Of a DNA stretch of 64,000 bases, positions 53,021 to 64,000 are shown piece after piece. The translations under genes were made by a program, and so were the position numbers. The first letter of the stretch is position 1. Every line of letters begins with the position of its first letter. The notes under the pieces are model-generated. The model ran no database searches. It was not told the origin of the DNA and saw only the letters and a program-made list of their open reading frames with translations. This DNA is from Octopus sinensis (taxonomy: Eukaryota): the NCBI RefSeq assembly GCF_006345805.1, contig NC_043006.1, forward strand, positions 78,368,001 to 78,432,000, in the 5' to 3' direction.

Positions 53021-53296
53021 CTCTAACAATGCCCACACCACCGATTAGATCTTCAAACGAAGCACCATACTCCATACGGACTCTATTGATCCATTTGTCT
53101 GTATTGTTGGTTGAGAAATATAAGGTGTCTCGGCGAGCATGCATCCCCAGTGCCAGGTATCCCTTGTTGTCCAAAAGAAAGCATTGTTTACTTAACGTCA
53201 TGTTTTCCAGATCGATATCAGCCAGGTTCGGTGGGAATGAACATATTCCTTCCTCCATGGAATACACATGGTAAGGCTGGGGGAATTGAGAATCAA
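53021..53296 (-). CDS. LRP-like gene, exon 4
   Basis: Acceptor ATTGCAG| then (V)DSQFPQPYHVYSMEEGIC...ALGMHARRDTLYFSTNNTDKWINRVRMEYGASFEDLIGGVGIVR, donor G|GTAAAT. 276 nt, phase 1-1. Confidence 0.85.
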
Positions 53297-53301
53297 CTGC
53301 A

Positions 53302-53361
53302 ATGATGATAATAATAATGATAATAATAATAATAATAATAATGATAATAATGATAATGATG

Positions 53362-53432
<71 letters not shown>
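53302..53432 (+). repeat. (AAT)n microsatellite
   Basis: Seen directly; also 51038-51102, 53650-53684 and 53872-53945. Confidence 0.98.
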
Positions 53433-53650
53433 CTTTTCTAGTGTAGGCACAAGGTCCGAAATTTTGGGGGAGTGGGGGCAGTCAATTAGATCGATCCCAG
53501 TATGCAACTGGTACTTAACTTATCGACACCCGAAAGGATGAAAGGCAAAGTCGACCACGGCGGAATTTGAACTCAGAACGTAAAGAAAGACGAAATGCCG
53601 CTAAGCATTTCGCCCGGCGTGCTAACGATTGTGCCAGCTCGCCACCTAAA

Positions 53651-53686
<36 letters not shown>

Positions 53687-55002
53687 CCTTTCTTTGAGGG
53701 GACAAATTGATTACATTGACCCCAGTGTTTCACTGGTACTTATTTCATCGACCCCGAAAGGATGAAAGGCAAAATTGACCTCGGAGGAATTTGAACCCAG
53801 AACGTAGCGACGGGCGAAATACCACTAAGCATTTCGCCAGCATGCTAACGATTCCACCAGCTCGCCGCCTTGATAATAATAATGATGATGATAATAATAA
53901 TAATAATAATAATAAAAATAATAATAATAACAATAATAATAATAGTTTCATTGTTTTCTTTTATTTATTATTTTTTTTTTTTACTTGTTTCAGTCATTTG
54001 ACTGCGGCCATGCTGGAGCACCACCTTTTAGTACTTATTCTATCGGTCTCTTTTTTGCCGAACCGCTAAGTGACGGGGACCTAAACACACCAGCATCGGT
54101 TGTCAAGCAATGCTAGGGGGACAAACACAGACACACAAACACACACACATATACATATATATACATATATAGAACAGGCTTCTTTCAGTTTCCGTCTACC
54201 AAATCCACTCACAAGGCATTGGTCGGCCCGGGGCTATAGCAGAAGACACTTGCCCAAGATGCCACGCAGTGGGACTGAACCCGCAACCGTGTGGTTGGTT
54301 AGCAAGCTACTTACCACACAGCCACTCCTGCGCCTACTTTTATGTTAATTTTATATTGTTGGTTTATGAGATTTCCAAAGTGCAAACAACTGGTTAACTG
54401 TATATCTGAAAATACGAAATATACAATGCTGTCGTCAGGTGGATTTGAACTAAAAACATAAAGAACGGGGAAATTCTAGCACAATTCATTTTGTTCTAAA
54501 GTTTCTGCTAAACCATCCCATGTTAAAACCAATTATTATGAGGGGAAAGAAAAAAAGGTGGAAAAATAAAAAGGATAAAGTAGTCTCCCTTGTCTCTTCG
54601 GAGTTTTTTCCCTTATATATGTTTGAATTATCGACAGTTTCCGAAGGTTTTCATCTGCATTCTGTTTCCACTTCACTTCATGCTCGGTTGCTCACGTTAT
54701 AGAAACTGGTGTTAAAATTCGTTTCTGCAATATTATTACTGTAGACTATATTCAGCAAGGTTATGAATTCATAAATCATGTTTCTTTATGTACTGTTCAT
54801 ATTTTTCTTTCGTTTTAATTTCATGTACGCTTTAAATACAAGTCGATAATCCACCAGCGGGGAGAGCAGGGGTGTCTGTTTTGCCACCTCCTTTCCATTC
54901 TAATGTTTACCACACTTTAGTGCAAGGGCCTATTTTAATTCTATCTTTTCATTGATGCTATCAAGATACTACAATTAACGAATCAGATAACTTTATGAAT
55001 GG

Positions 55003-55296
55003 CACCCCGATGAGGGTCCCAGTTGATTCACCAAGGGAATAGCCTGCTCGTGAAATTAACGAACAAGCGGCTGAGCACTCTGCAAACATGTATAGTTCTC
55101 GGAAAGATTCAGTGTGACACAGAATGTGACAAAGCTGGCCCTTTGAAATACAGGTACAACTCATTTTTGCCAGTTGACTGGACTGGAGCAACATGAAATA
55201 AAGTGTCTTGCTCAAGGACACAAGGCACCGCTGGGAATCGAATTCACGACCTCGCGATCGAGAGCCGAATACCCTAACCACTAACCCATGCGCCTT
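55003..55296 (-). mobile_element. SINE family D (GGCGCGTGGCTTAGTGG-type head, CTTGAGCAAGACAC domain)
   Basis: Also at 3494-3670 (-), 6087-6345 (+), 21735-22038 (-) and 47497-47660 (+). Confidence 0.85.
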
Positions 55297-56361
55297 CGCG
55301 ATAACAAAATAAGCTCACCGGCGTTAGCCAGGTCACAACATCTCCCTGTCAGTCAAGATGCTTGCTGTATTTACTTTATCGTTCTCCAGAGTATGAAATG
55401 GCTAAGTTGACATCAGCAGGATTTTAGTACACTGCGCAGAAAGCCGAAAGAAATAACACTAATCATTCTATCACATGGTAGGAAACAAGATCTCCGGAAA
55501 GAAGCTAATGTTGATCTACCCCCTATGCAAGATGCAGTGATGCATTGCCTGCAGTGGCTTCTCAGTCGAATCAATTTGCATGAATGTAGAGGAATAAACT
55601 TAGGACAAAAAAAAATGAATGAAATAAAAGTAGACGTTTAAATGAATAAAATCGGAAGTCACAACACATGCAATTAGTAAGTTGCTGTGTGGTAAGTAGC
55701 TTGCTTACCAACTACCTGGTTCCGGGTTCAGTCCCACTGCGTGGCACCTTGGGCAAGTGTCTTCTACTATACCCTCAGGCCGACCCTAGCCTTAACTGAA
55801 AAAGCCCGTCGTATATATGTATGTATATATATATATATGTAGGTGTATGTACATGTTTGTGTATCTGTGTGTGAATCCCTATCACTTGACAACCGATGCT
55901 GGTGTGTTTACGTACCCGTAACTTTGCGGTTCGGCAAAAGAGACAGATAGAATAAGTACTAGGCTTATAAAGAATAAATGCTGCTGGGGTCGATTTGCTC
56001 GACTAAAGGCGGTGCTCCAACATGGACACAGTCAAATGACTGAAACAAGTAAAAGAGTAAAAGAGTAACAAAGGACCCTTTTACATCATCTCTAGACATG
56101 CTGTAAATAACAGTCAATCTCAAATCACAACGAATGCAACGAATAGTGCAGGTAGATAGTTTATGTCTCAAAAAGAACAAGCGAGATGGTATCGACTAGA
56201 AAACCTTTAATCAAACTTCCAGGCAGATGTTTAAGGGCGGTGTTAAAAAGAATGAGAGCAAAGTTTCAAAATGTATATAAAAGAGTTTAAATATTTTTCA
56301 TTTATTCCGAATACTTTATGTTATAAACATGCAAATGAGTCAGATAGGGTGATGTTCTCAC

Positions 56362-56478
56362 CTTTACATGTCCGATGGTCCGTGATATTTAACTTGTATC
56401 CTTCACTACAGTGGCAGGCAGGACCCATGATTGGATTGTGGACACAAAAATGTTCACATTCGAGAGCATCACATATTT
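56362..56478 (-). CDS. LRP-like gene, exon 3 (EGF module)
   Basis: Acceptor TTTCTGTAG| then (E)ICDALECEHFCVHNPIMGPACHCSEGYKLNITDHRTCK, donor G|GTGAGA. Six Cys in EGF spacing; symmetric phase 1-1, 117 nt; absent from the ORF track. Confidence 0.92.
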
Positions 56479-57699
56479 CTACAGAAATAACATACATTTG
56501 TTTAAACGTATTAACTGAAACAATGCAATGAATGAATTAAAGACGATAACACTGATAAAAACAGTGTAGAAGGGTTATATAAATTTTAAAAATTGGTTTT
56601 CTGCTGAGGTTATAAGGGACATATATATAAGAAATCTTTCTAAAATGGACGAAAGCCGGAAGTTTAGAAGGAAGGAAACAGACGATTATGACGTTCACAG
56701 TACTTCATTATTTTATTTTATTGAACCTGAAAGAGTAAAAGGCAAAGCTGACCTCGGTGAGTTTTGAAACACAGAATGTAAAGACCCAGTACAAATACCG
56801 CAAGGCATTTTGTTCGACACTCTAAAGATTTCCCCAATCCACGACCTCTAATAGGATAGTTATAGTAATATCAAAAGTGTTTTCTTGCACTAAACGTGTG
56901 AATGTTGGCAAATGGTGACCCCCACTTGTAAAATACATATAAGAGCGATTACAAGAACATGTCGTCGATACCATGCTAGAAGTATTAAGGAATTTTAGAT
57001 AAATCTTCATTGCTGTTTTCAAACATATTTTCCAAGTAGTTTAACAATATACTGAGTATTGTACAGCAAGCTGTCACTTGCGAGTATGTAGCATGCTTTC
57101 ATTAATCCTTCAGGAGCCTATTCACTTGCGAGTCAAAATAGGCTCCCTTTCGAATCAGCAAAGCATCAAGGATGTGGCAGCTGAAGAGAGCCAGATAAGA
57201 GTATGAACTAGCAACCTAACATTAGAAGTGAACAGGCTGAAGCAAGGTAAACAGAATTGCCTTCATCAAGTAACAAACGCGTTGACCGCTCTTGGATTTG
57301 AACCCATGACTTTTGTGCATGAGACACTCCTCCTGTCAACTAGGCCACGCTTTTCTACATCATAATAATTCTTAGTTTTTTAAGTACAATGGAATGAGAT
57401 GCTATGTTCTTATAAAGTTACCCGGCAATTTTATTCTCTTAATCAATGCTGTGGTACCATTAATGTTATAAACAAAAATATCAATTTCTATGTTTTATTG
57501 AGATTTACAATGTTTTCATCTATTTCATATTGACAAATCTATATTCAGAATTAATGGAGTCATCATCAAAGAAAACAATTCCAAATTGTCCAACTTCGTC
57601 AAAATATGCAGATTCTTAAATACCACGTCGGAGTTGTGACTGTGTCGTCTGTCAACGATCCAATTATTCTACCCTTTAACATATTGCTCATTTTCAATT

Positions 57700-58030
57700 T
57701 TAGATAATTGGGACTCTGTTGTCCTCTTTCAGAATCTCGTGCTTTCACTTGGTTGACATAAACATTGTTCAACAGTGTTTACCTCTTCTCCACATGAATA
57801 TAGTCTTAATTACAGAAAATTACCGGGTTCGTTTGTCATATTAGAAATGTTACGATTGCTTTTCAATCTAACAATAATGACAAGCGGATATATATGATGA
57901 AGTTGGAGCCTTTTTTCCAACATTCATATTACGTTATGAATCTTTTCAGTAATCTAGTATACCTGAAAATAATCGATCTACTCCTCAATAGAATTCAAGA
58001 CCAAAATGCTATTGCATTCTATATTGAACA
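57700..58030 (-). pseudogene. Second partial copy of the hAT C-terminal region
   Basis: Colinear with 60145-60327 plus 61229-61360; many differences are synonymous in the minus-strand frame (CNSILVL..IDYFQ..ITEKIH). Confidence 0.6.
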
Positions 58031-58300
58031 CAACTAGAATTTCTCAAACTTGTATGAATTAATATACAGACCTATGTTATCTGAACACATTATTTAGCAT
58101 GGTTAAAATACTTGTTAATTGGCGCGTTAATTATCTGCTTAATAATCATATAATATTATCTGCAGCTAGATGACAGGATCAGTTGTAAACACATTTTTCG
58201 CGGACTTTCAAAAATCTCTTCACGATCGTTATACAAATATATTTTCATATATGATATCTCAGTGATTAAAATTAACACCAAAAATTGACAGATTACTCAC

Positions 58301-58451
58301 CAGAATTGCCAGGCTGCGTCGTTTCATCGTACATAATAATCCCATAAGGTATATGACTCAGTGTGTAGCTGATAATAAGTTTGCCATTTAGCTTGCTGTA
58401 TACATTTAAATGACCTTCGGAAAGGCTCTGTTCTGTTACAAATAATATATT
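58301..58451 (-). CDS. LRP-like gene, exon 2
   Basis: Acceptor TTTTCAG| then NILFVTEQSLSEGHLNVYSKLNGKLIISYTLSHIPYGIIMYDETTQPGNS, donor G|GTGAGT. 151 nt, phase 0 to 1; last blade of a propeller. Confidence 0.85.
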
Positions 58452-60139
58452 CTGAAAATCAACCCATAATTCATTAGATTTGTCTATTATAAAATCGGTT
58501 TCTGAAAAACAATATTTAATATAGTTCATTCAAGTGTAAATCCATTCATAATATCAAGTTTGGTTTCCTAAATCGGGAATTTTAGTCGTTGGTGTTTGAA
58601 AATCGATAACATCTTCAAGAAAAAATATAAATTTTGGCCGAGTTTAAATACCGAATCTTAGTTGTAGCCATTTTTTCTGTTTTACTAAGGATTCCAATTT
58701 CAGAAGGAAATTATGAACAATACATCTTCACAATCCCCATTTCTCTAAATTATAGAATCTTATTATTTAGCTGAAATAACCCAATGTTTATTTTTTTTTT
58801 TTACAACATATCAACCTTACGTCTACATGTGATAAATTATTGAACGATGCTCATTTGACATTTTTTACTCGCGTCTTACCATGGCCAAAGCAAAGATAAT
58901 GGAACGAAGTAAATTCCATGGCGACATATACTTATTAACCTTTAAAATATAAACAACAAAGCCGACAAGTTAAACTGTTTCCAGTGAGTTAAGAAGTGTG
59001 TTAACGTGCTCAATGTGCCAATCAAGATATCTTAACAAACACTATATTATTTTAAGAATTAATTCATGTCAAAGCTTATCATTCCTCACAATGTAAATGG
59101 GTAGCTATGAATAAAACAATGCTTATTCGAAGAAGTGTAAGTTAGAACTTAAAACCTTGATCAGATTTTATGCAGCTCTGTCAAGAAGGTCAAATATTTA
59201 TGATAACCGTTTTATAGGCGCAGAAGTGGCTGTGTGGTAAGTAGCTTGCTAACCAACCACATGGTTCCGGGTTCGGTCCCACTGCGTGGCACCTTGGGCA
59301 AGTGTCTTCTACTATAGCCCCGGGCCGACCAATGCCTTGTGAGTGGATTTGGTAGATGGAAACTGAAAGAAGCCCGTCGTATATATGTTTATATATATGT
59401 GTGTGTGTGTATGTGTTTGTGTGTCTATGTTTGTCTCCCTATCATTGCTTGAAAACCGATGCTGGTGTGTTTACGTCCCCGTCACTTAGCGGTTCGGCAA
59501 AAGAGACCGATAGAATAAGTACTGGGCTTACAAAGAATAAGTCCCGGGGTCGAGTTGCTCGACTAAAGGCGGTGCTCCAGCATGGCCGCAGTCAAATGAG
59601 TGAAACAAGTAAAAGAGTAAAAGAGTAAAAGAGATACTATTGCCTATTGAGGAATTACTTTATTATTGATACATGATGAATATTTTAAAGATTTCTACAC
59701 AAAAAATCAAGGGCTCATGCTACTACTAGCTTCTACATGTTTTGGGCGATCGTTGCTGAAGCATTTTTTCGTTGTCTAGGAAACCCGAAGGTCGTAGCAC
59801 ATCATTTCCACTGTCACAGTCAATGCGACAATGTCAAGTCCACTGTCAAGTTTTATACTCCCTGTTTATATCGCCATCTATAAAGTCCTGCATTCTAGTG
59901 TTAAGGAAATCTTCCAACTTAGAAAGCAACGCCCTACTTTCAGCCTAAAAACCTCTCGATTTACTATTTCTTTCTACCTACACATTCCTCATTTCTGCTC
60001 ACTCTATAAAGAAATTTATTTATATTCGACAAAAGCACACTGCATTTACTTTGTAACAACATTGTTCCCCCCATACTATGAAGCGATAGAAATTCTGCTG
60101 CTGATTTACATATAAGTATCAACAATCAGCGAGGTGCAA

Positions 60140-62202
60140 TATTGATTGGGACTCGAATGCCTATTTCAGAATTCTGTGTTACTGCCTGTTTGATATAAGT
60201 ATTGTTCAATAATGTTTACCTCTTCTCCATATGGATACAGTCTTTATTCGTGAAAATTACCGAGTTCATCATATTAGGTACGTTATGATTCCTTTTTTAT
60301 CCAACGATAATGACAAGCGAAAATATACGTGGCATGATCAATAAGTATCCGGACTGTTATCATTGTAACGACACTAAGGCACGCAAAGTGACGGAGCTTG
60401 GCACGGATTGACCTTGTACTCTGTTGTACGTGTGCACTAAGTTTTAACGTTCTAGCTCGCTTCCACTGTTTTCAGTAGTGCTTGAAAGGAATGTGTGAAG
60501 CGTGTGATCGTCGCATTGACAGTGACAGAGGAGGTTGAGCTGAGAACCTGCATCAAATTTAGCCAAAAGCTTAGCGATACCTGCTCAGAGGCCTATGCAA
60601 AGTTTTCAAAAAATTTTCATCGTTGTCGACACAATCAAGGACATCTTGTACAACTGCAGCCCGAGTGTCTTTTTGGTCAGCCGAAAGCTGTTTTGGCACA
60701 AACTCGGCAGTCACGCATCTCATACTCAAATCTTCAGTGATAATGGAATGGACTGAACTGAACCGTAACTAATCTGCACATCCTCTGATAACTCACAGAT
60801 GGTGATTCGACGATTTCCTCTCTCAACTGCCTGCATATCTGCGATGTTTTTCTCAGTTCTGCTGGTCCCGGGTCTCCCATAATTTTCGTCAATATCGACA
60901 TTTTTTCGGCCATCTTGGTAAACGTCTGAACTACTCATATACTTGTGTGCGGCTCATACACTCCTCTCCATACACTTTCTGCAACTTTGCGTAGGTCTCT
61001 GAGTAGCTATCGCCATAACAACTTTCTCTGTCGTAGTCAATGCGACGATCACACGCTACACACCTACCTTCAAGCACTGCTGTAAACAGGAGAATTGAGC
61101 TAGGACCTCAAAACTTCGTGCACATGCACAGCAGTGTGTTCAAAGCAATCTTTGCCAAGCGGCTTTACTCTGCATGCTTCAGCTTCATTACTATGGCAAC
61201 AGTCTTGATACTTATTGATCAGACCTCGTATGATAAAGATGAAGCCTTCCCCTAACATTCCCATTATGCTATGAATCTGTTCAGTGATTTTTATATAATT
61301 GAAAATAATCGATCTTCCACCTATTGCATTTCAAGACCAGAACACTATTGCAGCGTATCTGGGACCCTACCTACAATATCTCAGACAGAAAATCTTCAGA
61401 GACTTCAGACTGTTGAACACATTATTCAGTATAATTAAAATTATATTTACCACAATCTAAATAAACCATATTAATCTCTTCCATCATTGAATGAAACTCG
61501 TGTTCCTTCGATGATTTCTTCGGTAATTTCACCTTTGTCAGCGCATCTCCGAACACTTTCAAAGTATCCTTTATTTCAGAAGTCAGTGTAAATTTCTGTG
61601 GTTGCTGTAACTGATTATCTAGTTGTTTTATAACATACACAGTATTCACCTAGAGATATTTGTTGAGCTTGTTTGTGATTGGTTGTATTATTTTGAGCAT
61701 AGCCAATCGAATAGCATATTTGAAATTGCACGTGGCATTCAATGATGCACTGCTGCACATATATGGTTTGGTGTGTTCAAATTTATAAATCAAAATATTT
61801 CTCTGCTGTTTGAGATAATTATTTTACCACAGCCTTTGTGTTGTTCATCGACCTTGATGCTCTTAAAGAACGCACGTCGTTTGGGGCAGATTAACCGCTC
61901 TGAATAGGCCCGAAGGTGTTGTGGAGTAGTTCGATATTTGTTATTGTATCTTAACCAAATTTAGGGAGTTTCCATAACAATAAACATAAATGGCAGGCAG
62001 AGAATACGTTTTCATACTTGTTACTAAAACTATATGAACACAAGGAGTGGCTATGTGGTAAGTAGCTTGCTTACCAACCACATGGTTCCGGGTTCAGTCC
62101 CAACGCGAGGCACCTTGAGCAAGTGTCTTCTACTATAACCTCGGGCCGATCAAAGCCTTGTGAGTGGATTTGGTAAACAGAAACCGAGAGAAGCCCGTCG
62201 TA

Positions 62203-62266
<64 letters not shown>

Positions 62267-63120
62267 TGAATTGAAGAAATGGAGCTGAACGAAGATTGAA
62301 CAGAAATCGTTTTATTTCATTCTACACGTGTTTCGAAAGGCACAATTTTGCTACCAAGGTATCGGTTAAACTTTTGATTAATCTGCTACAAGATTATTCA
62401 TCTTTCTATTTCACATAATACATATATATATATATATATATATGTTTGTGTATATGTTTGTGTATATATTTGTGTGTCTCTGTTTGTCCCCCCCCACACA
62501 CACACACACATCGCTTGACGACCGATGTTGCTTAATGTCTTTTCAAAGCAAATAACGAAACATGATATTTGTTAATGTCGTAAGTAAACCAAGAATAGAT
62601 TTGAAGCTATTTACTTTCAAACTTATTCATACTCGACTTCTTACCTTATTTTCTTTTATTTTCTGCTAAGTTCGGTTGATTCGTACCAATTTGAGTGATA
62701 TAATCCTGCGATCCATCATCGTCATTTTCTTCCCATGCAATATTTTCAACTTCAGAGGAAACAGACTCTGAAGAATGTCGATATTTTAACGATATCCTGA
62801 TCGGTTCTGTCGTCAAAGTTGTTCTTGACGTTAAATCAGGAAGTTGTGTGAGTTACAGATATATCACATATATAATAATCAGTTTTTCCTTTATCTGAAA
62901 GGTTTGGTACTGAATGTTCTCTTAAAATTAAGATGCAGCGCCGTCAGACAGGCATAAACAGTTATATCATGTATTTTCGTTGTAACCAGAGGGTGTTTGC
63001 TTGCTATATCTTGCATCTTTGATGCGACGACAATAAAAGCTTTGGTGAGTTCGCTTGTTGACTTCTATCGATGACTTTCACGAAGAAATTAGAAGTATAG
63101 AATTTTAATTCAGTGTCTGA
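60140..63120 (-). mobile_element. hAT (ZMYM1/DUF4371-type) transposase fossil, interrupted by a SINE and a mariner
   Basis: TTF zinc-finger-like KFESK*LQIYSWFTYD (~62600); PAIYVYCYGNSLNLV (61951-61997); CPKRRAFF; SLNATCNFKYAIRLAMLKIIQPITNKLNKYL. TIRs were not identified. Confidence 0.7.
60328..61228. mobile_element. Palindromic mariner derivative (two 5' ends facing each other)
   Basis: TA-CGTGGCATGATCAATAAGTATCC on the left and ATACTTATTGATCAGACCTCG-TA on the right. Transposase N-terminus is on + in the left arm and on - in the right arm (GRPGTSRT...FVPKQL). Confidence 0.85.
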
Positions 63121-63587
63121 CATCAACAGAGTCTGCACCGAGAAACGAGACTCGTACTGTAGATTCCAGATATTACTATAGATTTCAGATTAAATAGCGA
63201 CTCACGAGGGAGTTTAGTGTTGCCGATACTTGAATAGGAGTACAAAGGTTCATGAGGGCAACTTACAGTAAATATATATTTTAATGTATATCTTGGTGAA
63301 CACCGTAGAATAGAATACGATTAGCTATACCGTGAGCCGAGATATTTATAAAACTTTGATATCAAGCTGAACCTAATATTCCGTACAAATATTCCGTTAA
63401 TACTCATAAAAACGGAATCAAAAAGTATCAACATACCACAATCTCATCTCCCTCCCCTCTCTCTCTCTCTCTCTCTCTCCACAAACCTTGTAATTATACA
63501 AGCAATTGTTGATTAAGTTTTGTTTCGTATTCATTTCATACATATAATCTCTTAAAAGCGAAATAATTTCCTTGTTCTGTTACCTAT

Positions 63588-63808
63588 TTCTTTACTACCC
63601 ACAAGGGACTAAACAGAAGGAACAAACAAGACAGAAAAACGGATGAAGTCGATTATATCGACCCCAGTGCGTAACTGGTACTTATTTAATCGACCCCGAA
63701 AGGATGAAAGGCAAAGTCGACCTCGGCGGAATTTGAACTCAGAACGTATCGGCAGACGAAATACCACTAAGCATTTCGCCCGTCGTGCTAACGTTTCTGC
63801 CAGCTCGC
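63588..63808 (-). mobile_element. SINE family B (GGCGAGCTGGCAGAA head)
   Basis: Other - copies: 15340, 19121, 21190, 22070, 23116, 25758, 25939, 26126, 33325, 46979, 51496, 51718, 53440, 53695, 56715, with fragments at 1435, 3895 and 50500. Confidence 0.9.
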
Positions 63809-63860
63809 TGTCTTCGGTTATTCTGTTACAATAAAGAGGAAACCATGGCATAAGACTTAC

Positions 63861-64000
63861 CTTGTACAAAGCTATTCCATAGAAATCCGCTTGGGGATCT
63901 TTTACAATGATTCGTCTCGCACGTCCGTTGAATTGAATACATTCAATTGTATCTTGGCCATCGTCAACCCAGTAGATCTTGCTTTCTTTAGCATCAATGA
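63861..64000 (-). CDS. LRP-like YWTD/EGF gene, exon 1 in window (5' partial)
   Basis: Translates IDAKESKIYWVDDGQDTIECIQFNGRARRIIVKDPQADFYGIALYK (YWxD blade). Donor AAG|GTAAGT, phase 0. Confidence 0.9.

Noticed and set aside
57280-57352. tRNA-like sequences here, at 20040-20110 and at the SINE heads
   Set aside because: They have A/B boxes but no complete cloverleaf or acceptor stem; they are SINE-derived heads rather than tRNA genes.
57930-58030. Plus-strand LRR-like peptide NLFSNLVYLKIIDLLLNRIQD, and an HsdS-like KIIDLPPIAFQDQNTIAAYL near 61300
   Set aside because: These are antisense readings of the hAT relic. Differences between the two paralogs are often synonymous in the minus frame, and the motifs are not shared between copies.

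Overview
AT-rich eukaryotic window, dense in microsatellites and retroposons. It is most consistent with an octopus (coleoid) genome; this is inferred from the tRNA-derived SINE families and the (TA)n/(GATA)n load and was not checked by a search. The main host feature is one minus-strand gene encoding an LRP4/5/6-like YWTD beta-propeller/EGF protein. I traced 13 phase-compatible GT-AG exons from 64000 down to 18649 (about 728 codons). The 5' end lies outside the window and the 3' end is unresolved. There are two further exon-like units: an orphan 231-nt open exon at 19778-20008 and a signal-peptide-like exon at 9411-9464. The introns hold four SINE families, three copies of a CR1/L2-group LINE, several Tc1/mariner relics, a hAT fossil with a palindromic mariner nested in it, Merlin-like and pogo-like MITEs, Helentron-type elements and a possible MULE relic. 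The most unexpected signal is a set of foldback and solo Penelope-like repeats carrying minimal type I hammerhead-ribozyme motifs (best at 44032-44190 and 14640-15210). Most ORF-track entries are microsatellite translations. I found no CRISPR arrays, rRNA or credible tRNA genes. There is one 100-N gap at 2819-2918. Coordinates of repeats are approximate; exon and hammerhead coordinates were counted by hand.
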